NCBI RefSeq assembly: GCF_004010195.1
Contig: NC_057719.1
Span: forward strand, 44,124,475-44,146,227
Direction: 5' to 3'
DNA: 21,753 nt
Source: Chiloscyllium plagiosum
Taxonomy: Eukaryota
The notes beneath the pieces are model-generated. The model did no database searches and was not told where the DNA came from. It was given only the letters and a program-made list of their open reading frames with translations. Both the position numbers and the translations under genes were made by a program. Below, one piece after another: positions 20,937 to 21,753 of the stretch (position 1 is the first letter of the stretch; the number at the start of each line of letters is the position of its first letter).

Positions 20937-21023
20937 CAATGTGGCTGACTCTTAACAATTAGGGATGGGCAATAAATGCTGGCCTAGTCAGCAATGTCCA
21001 CATCCTGTGAATGAATAAAAAAA
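20936..21023 (+). mobile_element. 3' part of tRNA-derived SINE (its likely head lies at ~20340-20377)
   Basis: GCAATGTGGCTGACTCTTAAC-AATTAGGGATGGGCAATAAATGCTGGCC...TGAATGAATAAAAAAA; head GGCCTAGTGGTACTGTCACTAGACTA. Confidence 0.7.
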
Positions 21024-21543
21024 TTGCAAATAGAGGTTGCACTTTATCTAACTATTTTTCCAGCAACATGGTCCAATGCCAACTCATTCCAGAGTGCAAT
21101 GGATATTTCTTACAAGAAAGATAAAGACACTTATTGAAAGTAATGATCTCTAAAGGATGTAAACTTGACTTTCTTAGTCCGTGATTGGTGATACAGAATA
21201 TAAAGTCAGGGCCTTGGTGACTTTATATTGGTAAACCTTAAAAAAGACTTTATCAATTTACATGTTTGTATTGTTATTCACAAAAAAATTGGTAGAATCC
21301 CAAGATTTCTTTTTGCTGGGGGAGATAGCATCTATGACCAACAGAATGCTCTTGGTTGATGAGAATGACAGTCGGTAATAAATTGCAAATGAATAGGCTT
21401 TTGTCTTCTGCATGAAGTCTTTACACTAGATAAAAGAAATCTCGCCCGGGGTTCTTTATCTAGACCAAAATCTCCAAAATTAATAAAGTATTTAAAATAA
21501 AATGCAGCAGAAATATTATAAGTATATCAAATGAAGTTTTTAA

Positions 21544-21753
21544 TATAGAACATAGAACAATACAGCACAGAACAGGCCCTTCGGCCCACGATGTTGTGCC
21601 GAACATTTGTCCTAGCTTAAGCACCCATCCATGTACCTATCCAATTGCTGCTTAAAGGTCGCCAATGATTCTGACTCTGCCACTCCCACAGGCAGCGCAT
21701 TCCATGCCCCCACCACTGTCTGGGTAAAGAACCTACCCCTGACATCCCCCCAT
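21544..21753 (-). mobile_element. CR1 LINE 3' end, relatively young, continues beyond window
   Basis: (TAGAACA)n tail, ACAGGCCCTTCGGCCCAC 3' stem, minus-strand FFTQTVVGAWNALP motif. Confidence 0.88.

Noticed and set aside
1..21753. Prokaryotic systems (CRISPR arrays, operons, retrons)
   Set aside because: No regularly spaced repeat-spacer array or dense coding; the content is vertebrate retroelements.

Overview
Eukaryotic, repeat-dense vertebrate DNA. The repeat families (HE1/V-SINEs, CR1/HER1-type LINEs, Deu-domain SINEs, Penelope-derived palindromes) point to a cartilaginous fish, probably a shark; this is inferred from family recognition, not a database search. No intact protein-coding gene is recognisable, and the ORF track is almost entirely transposon fragments or chance ORFs. 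Main contents: (1) a decayed PIF/Harbinger transposase (~1.3-2.1 kb); (2) a ~4.4 kb dead CR1 LINE (8019-12435) carrying a TA-flanked Tc1/mariner-type MITE and two young HE1 SINEs, one inserted in the RT FADD motif; (3) several Penelope-like elements (PLEs) with GIY-YIG remnants and minimal hammerhead ribozyme motifs, including one with a 12-bp TSD and an inverted terminal repeat (14357-15075); (4) a 122-bp, 100% identical inverted copy of that element's junction and hammerhead placed 1.2 kb away (16241-16362); (5) a CpG-enriched minus-strand promoter/first-exon candidate (TATA at -31, AP-1 site, GTAAGC donor, ~17934-18354), which would place much of the window in a long first intron; (6) a ~140-bp-arm foldback at 20462-20936.
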